Shown: positions 28,606 to 38,640, counted from the first letter of the stretch. The stretch: 64,000 bases of DNA from Betaproteobacteria bacterium (GCA_016192825.1 JACPTK010000011.1:16516-80515); one strand, 5' to 3'. Notes: generated by a model from the letters alone, not told the origin. Numbers and translations: made by a program.

Positions 28606-29928
28606 CTATGCGCACGCCGGTCCCGCTGACGAGAGCATCGGGGCGATATGCGTGCGAATTACCTGGCCCCACGTGAATCTTGCGGCCGTCCTGCGCGCCT
28701 CGTGCCGTAATCGTGTCGCCAAGTCCGGGTGCTCGCGCAGATAAAGGAGATGCGCGACGAGCTCGTTTGGGCTGCTGGTCTGGAGCGAGATCGCATCGTG
28801 GCCGGGCGTGACATAGTCCTCACCCGTTGCGCCGACAAAGCTGAGCCCGCCGCAGGCCATCGCTTCCAGTCCGACCAGACCGAACGGTTCGATCCCGCTG
28901 TTGGCGAGTACCCCGTCGCTCGCCCGGTAAAGACACTGGAGTTGAGGCCACGACAGCGCGTTCTGGACGAACACGATGTCGCCTGGCGGTGCCGTTCCGA
29001 TGGCCCGGCAGAGCGCCGTGGCGCTGCTGTCGCCGCACGTGACGAAGGTCGCCTCGAGTCCGAGGGCCCGGGCGCGCGCAATGACTTCGCTGCCGTGCGC
29101 TTCGATACCGCCGCGCGCGACGAAAAGCGGCTGCAAGCCACGCGCTTTCAGATCGCCGACCGCATCGACGGCCATCAGCCAGCGTTTGTCGGGATCCCAG
29201 CGCGCCACCTTGGCGAGCAAAAGCCGTCCGCCGGTGAGCCGTTTCAGGGCATTCACCGCCTTGCGATCACACGGCTTGAGCCACTGCGTTGCAATTCCGT
29301 TCGGGATGACGCGCGGGTCGACCCCGACGCGCCACATCTGATGCTTCATGAAGCGGCTGACGCTCGTAATCGTCGCCGTTTCGCTCAACTCGCGCCAGGG
29401 CACGCGCTCGAAACCGAAGGTATTGTTTGCGTTCCAGAAAAAGCGCATGTGCTCGCCCCAGCCCCGTTCATGGGCGCGCCTGCTCAGGCGGACGATGCCC
29501 CAGCTCGTGTGCCACTCCTCGCCGATCACGACAACCGGGCGATGCGTGTGGATAAGCGCTGGCAGGAGATGTTCTTCCAGCCACGCCGGCAGAGATCGGT
29601 TCCAGTCCTCGAACTTTCCCTCTTCCCCGTCATACACGCCGCCCGCGTGATACCGGCTGATCCACTGGCACCAACGATGCAGATGAAGCTTCCCGCCGCA
29701 GCCGATCTCATGGCCGGGCAACTCGGGCGAGCCGATGAAGAACAAATGCGTCTCGTAGCCTTCCTCGGCCAGGGCGCAGGCGAGTCCGCTCACCCGCGCG
29801 CCCAGTCCACCAGCGCGCGAGTAGGCATCCGGCCCTTCGAAACTCAGAAGCACGAATGCCGGAGATGGACCTCGCTGCGAGAGCAGCGGGTCGACGGATG
29901 GAGGCCGGCCGATCGCATGCAGTTTCAT
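28606..29928 (-). CDS. GT4-family (group 1) glycosyltransferase
   Basis: N-terminal [18 protein letters not shown] and C-terminal E-x7-E region ([18 protein letters not shown]). Its start overlaps the stop of the FtsH relic. Confidence 0.75.
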   Translation of the reverse strand: MKLHAIGRPPSVDPLLSQRGPSPAFVLLSFEGPDAYSRAGGLGARVSGLACALAEEGYETHLFFIGSPELPGHEIGCGGKLHLHRWCQWISRYHAGGVYDGEEGKFEDWNRSLPAWLEEHLLPALIHTHRPVVVIGEEWHTSWGIVRLSRRAHERGWGEHMRFFWNANNTFGFERVPWRELSETATITSVSRFMKHQMWRVGVDPRVIPNGIATQWLKPCDRKAVNALKRLTGGRLLLAKVARWDPDKRWLMAVDAVGDLKARGLQPLFVARGGIEAHGSEVIARARALGLEATFVTCGDSSATALCRAIGTAPPGDIVFVQNALSWPQLQCLYRASDGVLANSGIEPFGLVGLEAMACGGLSFVGATGEDYVTPGHDAISLQTSSPNELVAHLLYLREHPDLATRLRHEARRTAARFTWGQVIRTHIAPMLSSAGPACA

Positions 29929-31000
29929 GGTTTGCGCTCTTTCTGGGTTTTGCGCTTCGGCGACGCGAAGCTCGGATGGGTAAAGTAGAACGTCGCGTAC
30001 TCGCGGCGCTGAGCACCCGGCACGCGAAATTCCACGTCGATCACGAGGTTTGCGAGATCGCCCCCGGCGAATCCCGGTGTGCGCGCAGCAAGCGCGGAAA
30101 GATTCACCGACGGGGCGAGGGTGACCCCCTTGGCATGCACGCGCAGAATCTGCTCGCGCCCCTTGAGGTCCGGCCGGTCGATCGTCACGTGCCGGTCGAA
30201 CCGGCCCGGGCGGAGCAGGGCAGGATCGAGGATTTCCGGACGGTTGGTAGCGGCCATGATAATCACACCCTTGTTGGTGTCGAATCCGTCCATTTCGACC
30301 AGTAACTGGTTGAGGGTTTGCTCGCGCTCGTCGTGCCCGCCCATCACGTTCATGCCGCGCCCTTTGCCCAGCGCATCGAGCTCATCGATGAAGATGATGC
30401 ACGGCGCCATTTTTTCGGCCTGCTGGAAGAGGTCTCGCACGCGCGCGGCGCCCACGCCCACGAACATCTCCACAAATTCGGAACCGCTCATGGAAAAGAA
30501 TGGCACACTGGCTTCTCCCGCCACCGCCTTGGCGAGAAGCGTCTTGCCGGTTCCCGGCGCGCCCACCAGCAGCACGCCTTTTGGAATCTTGCCGCGGAGG
30601 CGGCGATAGCGATCGGGCGGCTTGAGGAACTCGACCACTTCCATTAACTCGGCCTTCGCCTCGTCGATGCCCGCGACGTCGGCAAACGTGACGCCGGTCT
30701 GCTTTTCCGTATAAACCTTCGCCTTGCTCTTGCCGATTTCCATCATGCCGCCGGCGGCGCCCATGCGCTTCATATTGAATCCCCACAGAGCGACGAATAT
30801 CACGGCCGGCACTATCCACGAGAGGATGGTGGCGAGCCACTTGTTCTCGAGTTGGCCGGAAAAACGTATCTTGGCGGCTTCAACGTCTTGAATCAGCGAA
30901 GGATCGTTGACGCGCACCGTGGTGAAGATGTGCGGGCCCGGATCAGCATCAGGAAAACCCCGATGAAGTACCAGATCGAAAACTGCTGTTTACGTTCCAT
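29925..31000 (-). pseudogene. decayed second FtsH copy (AAA module only)
   Basis: ATG at 31000 gives [19 protein letters not shown], then leaves frame. ORF 29925..30917 resumes at [10 protein letters not shown] and keeps GAPGTGKT and IIFIDELD. It diverges after [11 protein letters not shown] and lacks the HExxH protease domain. Confidence 0.75.
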
Positions 31001-32447
31001 GACGTATCCCGCTCAAGTTGTGGATTTGGAGAACCGTCGACTCTGGGTAAGAGTAAGGCGTGCCCCCTGATTTGGTCGGCGGCCTGAAGGCATCTGATCG
31101 AGGCTGGCCGCAAGGACGATCGTAGAGATCGCGCCGGGTGAGGGCTACAGCGGCCGCGCCTGGTTGCCGCCTGGACGCGAGAATCTGGTAAACGCCGGCG
31201 CCGCCGCTCTCGAATTCCAGGGCGCAGGCCGTCATGTAGAGCCGCCATATGCGATACGTCGCCTCGTCCACGTATTGCAGCGCCTTTTCCCTGCGCTGCT
31301 CGAGACGGCTTACCCAATGCCGCAAGGTGAGGGCGTAGTGCGGCCGCAACGCCTCGACATCGAGTATCTCGAACTGGGACCGCTCCATCACACGCTGCAC
31401 GTTGCTCGCCGTATCGAGCTCGCCGTCGGGAAAAACGTAACGGTTGATGAACGTCGTGGCGTGGCTCTTGCGCCATCCTTCTTCGTCGTGGGTGATGCCG
31501 TGGTTCAGGAACAGGCCGTCGGGCTTCAGCAGTCGGTGTGCCGTCCGGAAGTAAAGCGGAAGATTCTTGAGTCCGACGTGCTCGAACATGCCCACGCTTA
31601 CGATCTTGTCGTAAACCGCTTCTCCCGCCACGTTGCGGTAGTCCCTGAGTTCCACCGTCACCTGTTTTTCCAGACCCTGTTCACGGATCTTCGTCCTCGC
31701 GTACTCATATTGATTGCGGCTCAACGTGATGCCATGCGCCTGCACGCCGTAGTGCTTTGCCGCCCAGCAAATCAAGGCGCCCCAACCGCAGCCGATGTCC
31801 AGTAAACGCTCGCTTTGTCGGAGGCGAAGCTTCCTGCAGAGGTAATCCAATTTGTTGCGTTGCGCCTCATCCAGACTGTCATCGGCATTTTCGAAGTAGG
31901 CGCAGGAGTAAACCATTTGCCCGTCCAACCAAAGACCGTAGAAATCGTTGGAGACGTCGTAATGGAATGCAATGGCTTTGCGGTCCGCCGCTTGTGAATG
32001 CTTGCGCGAAGGGCGGACGGGCCACTCCTTTGATCGCCGGACTTCGACTGGAGGATTGCCTCTTTCGTCCAGGCCGTTTCCCAACAGGAGGGCAGCGGCC
32101 AGCAACGAAAAACTCTCCGGAGCGGAGAATGACAGCGACTGCAGGTGCTCTTTTTGTTCCAGGACCGAGAAGAGGTTGCCTTCAACGTCGACCAGGCCGT
32201 GAAAATACGCTTCCGCGAACCGCAGGGGGTCGCGGAACAGCGCCAACTCGCGAAATGGTCCGGGAGCCCGGAAGATCACGGTCGCGCGGGGCGAGCCTGC
32301 GCCCAATTCCACCGTTTCGCCATTCCAGAACCGTACGGCAAGGCTGCCGCTGTAAGCATGAAATACGCGGCGCACGATTTCCTTCGCTTTTTCTACCGAA
32401 TGAATCATGGTCTGGGATTGGGTTATCCCGCTGGTATTCATGTCCAT
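30990..32447 (-). CDS. cfa: cyclopropane-fatty-acyl-phospholipid synthase family methyltransferase
   Basis: HYDVSNDFYGLWLDGQMVYSCAYF, LLDIGCGWGAL (SAM motif I), FEHVG. An unusually long C-terminal tail runs into the FtsH-relic start, so the native stop may have been lost. Confidence 0.8.
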   Translation of the reverse strand: MDMNTSGITQSQTMIHSVEKAKEIVRRVFHAYSGSLAVRFWNGETVELGAGSPRATVIFRAPGPFRELALFRDPLRFAEAYFHGLVDVEGNLFSVLEQKEHLQSLSFSAPESFSLLAAALLLGNGLDERGNPPVEVRRSKEWPVRPSRKHSQAADRKAIAFHYDVSNDFYGLWLDGQMVYSCAYFENADDSLDEAQRNKLDYLCRKLRLRQSERLLDIGCGWGALICWAAKHYGVQAHGITLSRNQYEYARTKIREQGLEKQVTVELRDYRNVAGEAVYDKIVSVGMFEHVGLKNLPLYFRTAHRLLKPDGLFLNHGITHDEEGWRKSHATTFINRYVFPDGELDTASNVQRVMERSQFEILDVEALRPHYALTLRHWVSRLEQRREKALQYVDEATYRIWRLYMTACALEFESGGAGVYQILASRRQPGAAAVALTRRDLYDRPCGQPRSDAFRPPTKSGGTPYSYPESTVLQIHNLSGIRHGT

Positions 32448-32497
32448 TGCAACCTCCTCAAACTCGAACTACTCGTGCGGTGTGCGGCAAGGCGTTC

Positions 32498-32878
32498 TCA
32501 GGCGTCTACCAGCGACCCAAATAACATATGCTGATCAGGAACAACACGGCGGCAAGCATCACCGAGGTACCTCACCGAGAGAGTGCTTCCGATCAGCGCG
32601 CCGACCACGCCACCCGCTCCGAGCAATGCTGCCAAGCCGAGGATGAGCCGGCGCTGCTTGTAGTAGCTGGGTACGGCAACGAGGGGTGAGGCAAGCGTCA
32701 GCATCTGCGCCATCGGCTTGAGGAGGTTCGCGTCGGTCAGGCCCAGCACCGAGATAAGCCCGACTGAAGCGATAATCCCGCCGCCTGCCCCCACGAGCGA
32801 GAATACAAGACCGACCAAAATCCCCCAGGCAAGCGGAATCCAGGGTGCGATACTGATTCCGCTCACGTCAAATACCAT
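32498..32878 (-). pseudogene. truncated TauE/SafE-family membrane protein
   Basis: MVFDVSGISIAPWIPLAWGILVGLVFSLVGAGGGIIASVGLISVLG is a typical TauE N-terminus. Only ~125 aa remain, with an aberrant end. Confidence 0.45.
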
Positions 32879-32925
32879 GATCCAACTCCTTGGCCGCCGC
32901 ACCATGATCCATAATTTCTCCACGA

Positions 32926-34056
32926 TCAACGCGGCACGGCCTGTCCGGTGCGCGCCGGCGGCGGACGCCGTCCGACTTCCACGGGGATCGACAGCGGCTT
33001 GCCATCCCGCAGCACGCTGAACGCTCCCCGCGTGCCCGGCGCGAGCGCAGCCGTTTCGTTGATCAGCGCTCCCGTATCGGATATGGGCTTGCCATCGACG
33101 GCGACGATGATGTCGCCCGCGCGGATGCCGGCGCGTTCCGCCGGCCCGCCGCGTTGCACGCCCATGATCAGGGCGCCGCGGGCGCCGGTTTCCGCCACGT
33201 CACGGGCTGAAACGCCCAGCCAGCCACGATCAACACGGCCCTTTTGAATGATCTGGTCGAATACCTGGCGGGCGAGGCTCACCGGAATCGCGAAGCCAAT
33301 ACCCTGCGAGCCGCCGCTCTGGGAGAAAATCGCCGTATTGATGCCGACGAGATTGCCGCGGGTGTCGATCAATGCGCCGCCCGAGTTGCCGGGGTTGATC
33401 GCGGCGTCGGTCTGGATGAAGTTTTCAAAGGTGTTGATGCCGAGCCGGTTGCGCCCGGTGGCGCTGACGATGCCCTGGGTCACGGTTTGTCCCACGCCGA
33501 ACGGGTTGCCGATCGCCAGCACGATGTCTCCCACCTGCAGCGCGTCGGATTTTCCGAAAGTGATCGGGCGCAGGCGGGAGGCGTTGACCTTGAGCACCGC
33601 GAGGTCGGTCTCGGGGTCGGTGCCGACGATTTTCGCCGGGGCGACGGCGCCGCCACCGGTCACGACGGCGATCTCGTGGGCTTCCGCGACGACGTGATTG
33701 TTGGTCAGGATGTAACCCTGTTCAGAGATGATGACGCCCGAGCCCAGGCTGGTGGCCTGCTCGGGCTGCTGCTCGCCGTAGAAAAAGCGGAAGAGTGGAT
33801 CGTCGGACAGGGGAGAGCGGACCGTTTTTGCGGTGTAGATGTTGACGACCGAGGGCGTCGCTTTCACGACCGCCTCGCGGTAGCTTTCTGTGCCTGGTGC
33901 GCTCGGAACCGGGGCAGTGAGCGCCTCCTCGCGCACCACAACCGGCCCGCGAAAGACGGTCTGCCGTTCCGGTCCGAATGCGGTGAAAGCAATCATCAGT
34001 CCGGCGCCAACGGTAACCGCTTGCGCAAGCAAGAGCCAGAATCGTTTGAGCATCAT
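32926..34056 (-). CDS. HtrA/DegS-like periplasmic serine protease (one PDZ domain)
   Basis: N-terminal anchor MMLKRFWLLLAQAV. Catalytic motifs TNNHVV, DLAVLKV, GNSGGAL. C-terminal PDZ (GALIMGVQRGGPAERAGIRAGDIIVAVDG). Confidence 0.85.
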   Translation of the reverse strand: MMLKRFWLLLAQAVTVGAGLMIAFTAFGPERQTVFRGPVVVREEALTAPVPSAPGTESYREAVVKATPSVVNIYTAKTVRSPLSDDPLFRFFYGEQQPEQATSLGSGVIISEQGYILTNNHVVAEAHEIAVVTGGGAVAPAKIVGTDPETDLAVLKVNASRLRPITFGKSDALQVGDIVLAIGNPFGVGQTVTQGIVSATGRNRLGINTFENFIQTDAAINPGNSGGALIDTRGNLVGINTAIFSQSGGSQGIGFAIPVSLARQVFDQIIQKGRVDRGWLGVSARDVAETGARGALIMGVQRGGPAERAGIRAGDIIVAVDGKPISDTGALINETAALAPGTRGAFSVLRDGKPLSIPVEVGRRPPPARTGQAVPR

Positions 34057-34081
34057 TGCACCTCGTAGGACATTGCCGGAT

Positions 34082-34777
34082 TCAACTCGGCTGGCTGCGG
34101 GCCGCACGCCAGCGCGGGAAGAACGCGGGAGTCCGGGCCGCATATGCTGCGTACTCGTTTCCGAATTCGCGCAACGCGTCCTGTTCCTCCTTCCTGGCAA
34201 GGCGCGCATACATCCACACCAATATCGGGAACATGACCAGGGTGAGCAGCGTCGGCCACTGAATGAGGAACGCGACCATGATAGAAAGGAAAGCGACGTA
34301 TTGCGGGTGGCGGATGAGCCGGTACGGGCCCGCGGTCGCCAGCCGATCATGCCGCCGCGCGCGATAGAGCACCCACCAGGAAGCCGCGAGCAGGATGAGA
34401 GAAGCGAGGATCAAGACAATGCTCGCGGCGTGCAGCCACTCGAAGTGAGGATTGCCGGTGATCCCGAACACCGTTTGCCAGAGATGCCCGGCCTCGTGCG
34501 AGAAGAGGTCGAGCTGCGGGTAGCGGCTCTGCAGCCAGCCCGAGAGGAAGTAGAGCGTGAGCGGGAAGCCGTACATCTCGGTGAAGAGGGCGATGATGAA
34601 CGCCGAGAACGCGCCGAAGGAGCGCCAGTCGCGGGCATTTCGTGGCCGCGCGAACCCGAATGCGAAGGCGATGAACACGAGCGAGTTGACCGCTACGAGC
34701 GTCCACAGCCCGTAGTCGTAACTCGCGCCGATTACTATCAGGATTTCGCCGCCGTCAGGCCCTTGCGGGTGTTCCAT
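34082..34777 (-). CDS. ICMT/PEMT-like membrane methyltransferase family protein
   Basis: GPYRLIRHPQYVAFLSIM ... ARKEEQDALREFGNEYAAYAARTPAFFP is the isoprenylcysteine carboxyl methyltransferase-type C-terminal motif. Paralogues at 34823, 42595 and 60533, plus a relic at 40786. Confidence 0.75.
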   Translation of the reverse strand: MEHPQGPDGGEILIVIGASYDYGLWTLVAVNSLVFIAFAFGFARPRNARDWRSFGAFSAFIIALFTEMYGFPLTLYFLSGWLQSRYPQLDLFSHEAGHLWQTVFGITGNPHFEWLHAASIVLILASLILLAASWWVLYRARRHDRLATAGPYRLIRHPQYVAFLSIMVAFLIQWPTLLTLVMFPILVWMYARLARKEEQDALREFGNEYAAYAARTPAFFPRWRAARSQPS

Positions 34778-34822
34778 GTCAGTCTTCCGTGCGCCGGTTT
34801 GTCATACAAGGTGGCGTGCCGA

Positions 34823-35485
34823 TCACATGCCGTGGCTGCGGCTCGTGAATGCGTCCGGCCGCGGGAAAAACGCCGGTGTACGCTTCGAATAGCGAAGGTA
34901 TTCGTCGCCGAACGCGGCGACCGCCTCGCGTTCCTCGATGTGCGCGAGCCGGACGTACATATAGACCAGGATGGGGAACATCACGAGCGTGATGAGGGTC
35001 GGCCACTGAAAAAGGAACCCGAACATGATGAGAATGAAGCCGACGTACTGCGGATGACGCACGTGGGCGTACGGGCCGGTTGTCGCAAGCTGACGGCTGC
35101 GCTGCGCCTGGTAAAGCACGTTCCACGCAGATGCGAGCAATAGGAACCCGCCGCCCATGAAAATGGCGCTCAACAGATGAAACGGTCCGAAATGGGGGTT
35201 GGAGCGCCAGCCGAACATGACCTCGAGCAGGTGTCCGGAATCGTGGGCGAAAAAATCGACTTCCGGAAATTTGCTGGTGAGCCAGCCGGAGAGCAGGTAG
35301 ATCGTCAGCGGGAAGCCGTACATCTCCGTGAACAGCGCGACCAGGAACGCGGAAAACGCGCCGAACGAGCGCCAGTCACGCGAGGTCTGTGGTTTCGCGA
35401 AGCTGAATGCGAAAATGATAAAAACCAGCGAGTTGATGATCACGAGCGACCACAGGCCGTAGGCCGGAGCGTCCGATGCATTCAT
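34823..35485 (-). CDS. ICMT/PEMT-like membrane methyltransferase family protein
   Basis: Start MNASDAPAYGLWSLVIINSLVF overlaps the stop of the DUF2933-like gene (ATGA). GPYAHVRHPQYVGFILIM, EEREAVAAFGDEYLRYSKRTPAFFP. Confidence 0.75.
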   Translation of the reverse strand: MNASDAPAYGLWSLVIINSLVFIIFAFSFAKPQTSRDWRSFGAFSAFLVALFTEMYGFPLTIYLLSGWLTSKFPEVDFFAHDSGHLLEVMFGWRSNPHFGPFHLLSAIFMGGGFLLLASAWNVLYQAQRSRQLATTGPYAHVRHPQYVGFILIMFGFLFQWPTLITLVMFPILVYMYVRLAHIEEREAVAAFGDEYLRYSKRTPAFFPRPDAFTSRSHGM

Positions 35486-35757
35486 TTGCTTTGCCCCTTG
35501 CGTTGTTCGTCCGGCGCGCCGCTGTCGTCGCGATGACCGCCATGCCCGCCGTGGCCGCCGTGCATGAACAGATGCAGCAGCGGGCAAGCGAGCAGCAGCA
35601 GCCATATCCCATAGGACGCCAGCCACCCGTACAGGTGTGCTTTGTGCTCGGTGACAAGGAAATACGCTGCGATAAGGGCGAAACCGATAAATACCCATTT
35701 CGTCCTGGATTTTGTTTCCTTGCCGCCATCCGGCGCGTGCCGGTGATCGTGGTTCAT
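35482..35757 (-). CDS. DUF2933-like small membrane protein with His-rich tail
   Basis: MNHDHRHAPDGG, two TM segments, then ACPLLHLFMHGGHGGHGGH. Paralogue at 43289..43534 and a relic near 40895..40940. Confidence 0.65.
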   Translation of the reverse strand: MNHDHRHAPDGGKETKSRTKWVFIGFALIAAYFLVTEHKAHLYGWLASYGIWLLLLACPLLHLFMHGGHGGHGGHRDDSGAPDEQRKGQSK

Positions 35758-35790
35758 TGAAGGCTCCTTCCGGTACGTCGCATAACGTCC

Positions 35791-36306
35791 CTACGCGTGC
35801 GGTTTCGTGGTCACAACGGCGTGCTGGTATTCAACAGACGCCCTCGCGACCCGCGACTCGCCGGGGCGCCGGATTTCCAGTTCGACGCGGAAAGGTGCAG
35901 GGGCCGGCGTATTGAGGTAATTGCCATAACTTGCCTCGCCGGCGGTCAGCATCGGTTGGAGCTCGTTATGCGGCCCCGGCAGCCGGTTTCCCGGCCGACG
36001 CATGTCGAACGCCGTCGCCTTGATCCTGGCGTCGCGAATGCGCTTGCCACTGAGGCGGTCGAACAGCGCGATGGCGACGTGGTATTGCTCGCCCCAGGCC
36101 GGCGTGCCCCCGTGCATCGTGGCTTCCGGATGTTCCGGCGCGTGAGCCTGCACCATCGCGGCGGGTAGCACGCGGATATAGATCGCGATGCCACCGACCG
36201 AGCGGTAGTAGTCGGCTGCAGCAGCGGGAACCGCTGCCGGGATCGCCAGCAATGCGACAACGATCAACGCATTCAACGGCGCTGACGTGATGATTGCGCG
36301 TGTCAT
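35791..36306 (-). CDS. secreted beta-rich protein of unknown function
   Basis: AGGAG RBS and signal peptide MTRAIITSAPLNALIVVALLAIPAAVPAAAA. YHVAIALFDRLSGKRIRDARIKATAF ... YGNYL ... FRVELEIRRPG suggests a periplasmic beta-sandwich. Family not recognised. Confidence 0.45.
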   Translation of the reverse strand: MTRAIITSAPLNALIVVALLAIPAAVPAAAADYYRSVGGIAIYIRVLPAAMVQAHAPEHPEATMHGGTPAWGEQYHVAIALFDRLSGKRIRDARIKATAFDMRRPGNRLPGPHNELQPMLTAGEASYGNYLNTPAPAPFRVELEIRRPGESRVARASVEYQHAVVTTKPHA

Positions 36307-36450
36307 GTGACATCTCCTGCGTGTTGCGGTCAAAAAAGGTGAAAGGGCTCGATCGCGCAGACGCGAGCGAGCGAGATGCTCGGCGCGGTGCCAGTGTTCA
36401 AGTCGCGGCTGGCGCGCTCAAACCCGTGCGCCGAGCAAAGCCGGAAGGGA

Positions 36451-36867
36451 TCAGATCAGAAGACGCAGCGTACGCAGGTACAGACGGCGCGGAGGGGGAG
36501 GTGTCTCGCGTCGCGCGAGATTCCCCGAAGCAGTTGGACCGGCCAGCATGGGTGACGTGGTCACCCCTTCAATCGCGACCCACGCAAGGGGCGAGTCATT
36601 CGCTGTCAATGCCAGGAGAGCGTTGGAATTCGATGGCACTGCGCGGGCGAAATGATGGCACGACGACTCGGAGCCCTCATCTGGGCGTCCATTGGGAGCA
36701 CCTGTCGGCGTTTCTGCGAGCGCTACGGTACTGTCCGGCGCGGGATTGCCGACCGGGGCGGCGATGGCGTCGATGCATGGAGAAAGCACAGTGAGCACGA
36801 ACAGAGCCAGCCCCACGAGCAATGCAGCACGCCCGAATCGAAGCGCGCTTCTGAAGGTATGCTTCAT
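36451..36867 (-). CDS. small secreted protein of unknown function, C-terminal RRLYLRTLRLLI
   Basis: Signal-like MKHTFRSALRFGRAALLVGLALFVLTVL. Internal CHH. The C-terminal motif is shared with 13228..13677. Confidence 0.4.
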   Translation of the reverse strand: MKHTFRSALRFGRAALLVGLALFVLTVLSPCIDAIAAPVGNPAPDSTVALAETPTGAPNGRPDEGSESSCHHFARAVPSNSNALLALTANDSPLAWVAIEGVTTSPMLAGPTASGNLARRETPPPPRRLYLRTLRLLI

Positions 36868-36941
36868 TGGGACCATGTTAGTCACTATGTCGGTGCTTGT
36901 GTGTCCGTTCTTGCTCTGGATCAAGTGAAACGGCGATCCGG

Positions 36942-37640
36942 CTAATTGCGTTCCCCGCTGAGCACCATCAGCAACCGCAGCAAACCGACGAAGATGTTGA
37001 AGAGGCTGATATAGACGCCCGTCGCCGCCATGATGTAGTTGGTCTCGCCGCCGTTGACGATGCGGCTCAGGTCATGGAGCAGAAACAATGAAAACACCAC
37101 GACCACCAGCGCTGAGATCGTCAGCGCGAGCGCAGGTATCTGCAGGAACAGGTTGGCGACCATCGCCAGCAAGAGCACGATCATCCCGACGAACAGGAAC
37201 TTGCCCATGAAGCTGAAATCCCTGCGTGTGGTCGTCGCAATACCGGCCATGACAAGGAGCACAACGCCCGTGCCGCCGGCCGCCACGCCGATCAGCTGCG
37301 GACCGTTCTTGAGCGCCAGCGCAAAGCCCAGCAGGGGACCAAGGAACCAGCCGAGCAGGAACGTCATGCCGAGCAGGAAAACGATCCCCCACCCGCTGTT
37401 ACGCTTGGCGGCGATCGCGTATTGAAGACCGATGACCGCGCCGAGCATCACGAAAAAGCTCAAGATCGGATTCGCGATGAGGATGCCGGCCGTATTGATG
37501 CCAATCATGGCACCGATCACCGTGGGCACCATCGTGAGCGCAAGCAACAGGTACGTGTTGCGCAACACCTTTTGTTGCGGCGGCGCTATGTTCCGCGCGA
37601 CTGCGCGGTAGTCCTGATGGGTTTGCGTTTCAGGTTGCAT
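36942..37640 (-). CDS. Bax inhibitor-1/YccA family membrane protein
   Basis: Seven predicted TM segments, NTYLLLALTMVPTVIGA, and a C-terminal charged tail typical of BI-1/YccA. Confidence 0.85.
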   Translation of the reverse strand: MQPETQTHQDYRAVARNIAPPQQKVLRNTYLLLALTMVPTVIGAMIGINTAGILIANPILSFFVMLGAVIGLQYAIAAKRNSGWGIVFLLGMTFLLGWFLGPLLGFALALKNGPQLIGVAAGGTGVVLLVMAGIATTTRRDFSFMGKFLFVGMIVLLLAMVANLFLQIPALALTISALVVVVFSLFLLHDLSRIVNGGETNYIMAATGVYISLFNIFVGLLRLLMVLSGERN

Positions 37641-37729
37641 AACTTGTTTCTCCTGATTCGTTAGCGTTGTCCATGACTTCCCGCGTCCCGTGTCTTACCA
37701 ATCCGCTTGCGTTCCGGTGCATCGAGGCA

Positions 37730-37984
37730 TCATGTTTTTCCGGGATGCTCCACAGGGTGCCCCGCCTTGCTGTCGTGCAGGTCCACCGCGCGGACCGGAT
37801 CCGCGTCTTTCTTTGCCGGAACCTCCATGTCGTGCTGATCTGCCTTTTTGTGATGTCCGTGCATGTATTTCATGTCTGCTACCAAGCCAATCCCAAACCC
37901 CGCGGCTGGCGCAATGTACGTCCAAGGGCCACCCAGAGACTGACCAACGGCGAGCCCTCCGATCAGACCTACGCAACAAAGCAC
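37730..37984 (-). CDS. small Gly-zipper membrane protein with His-rich tail
   Basis: GTG start with AAGGAG 6 nt upstream. CCVGLIGGLAVGQSLGG, then YMHGHHKKADQHDMEV ... HPVEHPG. Lies downstream of csoR copy 2. Confidence 0.5.
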   Translation of the reverse strand: MLCCVGLIGGLAVGQSLGGPWTYIAPAAGFGIGLVADMKYMHGHHKKADQHDMEVPAKKDADPVRAVDLHDSKAGHPVEHPGKT

Positions 37985-38073
37985 TTTCGACTCCTTTCGT
38001 CACCACCACGTTAACGTTCGAAAACTTTGAGCTATTTGGGCGCGGCCGACGCAGTCACGCCGACCGCGCCCCT

Positions 38074-38394
38074 TCATCGATAGCGAAGCGCGTCCATCAG
38101 TTCTTCCACCATCGTCTCCGCGTCGCCCCGCTCGGCTGCGGTCGCCACGTGCGCGCGCAAATGGCTTTCGAGCGTGATCTGACCGGCTTTCTCCAGGGCG
38201 CCCTGAACGGCCTTGATCTGGCGCAGCACGTCGACGCAATAGGTGTCGTGCTTTTCCAGGGCGTGCAAGATGCTTTCCAGGTGGCCCCTGGCGATGGCGA
38301 GCCGTCGTCTGACGACGCTGCGCGCAGCTTCCGGCATGCACAGGCGGCCGTCGTGCGGTTGCGGGGCGTGTATTTGAATGTTCGCGTCGCTCAT
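38074..38394 (-). CDS. csoR: CsoR/RcnR-family metal-sensing repressor (copy 2)
   Basis: 106 aa, collinear with 4412..4732 (RLCMPE, HDTYCVDVLRQIKAVQGAL). Confidence 0.9.
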   Translation of the reverse strand: MSDANIQIHAPQPHDGRLCMPEAARSVVRRRLAIARGHLESILHALEKHDTYCVDVLRQIKAVQGALEKAGQITLESHLRAHVATAAERGDAETMVEELMDALRYR

Positions 38395-38506
38395 TGTTGG
38401 TCCACTCCTCGATTAGGCTTGATTGGTCCTGGCAGGTCGATCGCGGTTCATCCGCTCGGCGGTCGGCGTCATAACCCTATTTAAACGCCTTTTTCGAGAT
38501 CACAGC

Positions 38507-38520
38507 TTGATCTAGATCAA
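38507..38520. promoter_or_regulatory. FNR box TTGATctagATCAA
   Basis: Perfect consensus, in the same position relative to the operator and -10 as in copy 1. Confidence 0.6.
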
Positions 38521-38524
38521 ATCC

Positions 38525-38547
38525 TATCCCCCCGGGGTGGGTATCAT
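38525..38547 (+). promoter_or_regulatory. CsoR-type operator (imperfect) plus TATCAT -10-like hexamer
   Basis: TATCCCCCCGGGGTGGGTA, followed by and overlapping TATCAT (38542..38547). The FNR centre to hexamer distance is 28.5 nt, as in copy 1. Confidence 0.5.
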
Positions 38548-38614
38548 GTAGCGTTCGTGGCATTGATAAAGAGTATTGGAAAGAAAGGGATATAGCATCA
38601 GTTCGCACAGGAGC

Positions 38615-38640
38615 TATACCCACCCCATAGGGGGGGTATA
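38615..38640 (+). promoter_or_regulatory. second CsoR-type operator in the 5' leader
   Basis: TATACCCACCCC-ata-GGGGGGGTATA inverted repeat, about 60 nt upstream of the 38698 start codon. Confidence 0.55.

Noticed and set aside
37495-37508. FNR-like site TTGATgccaATCAT
   Set aside because: One mismatch, and it lies inside the BI-1/YccA coding sequence with no downstream gene start. Most likely fortuitous.
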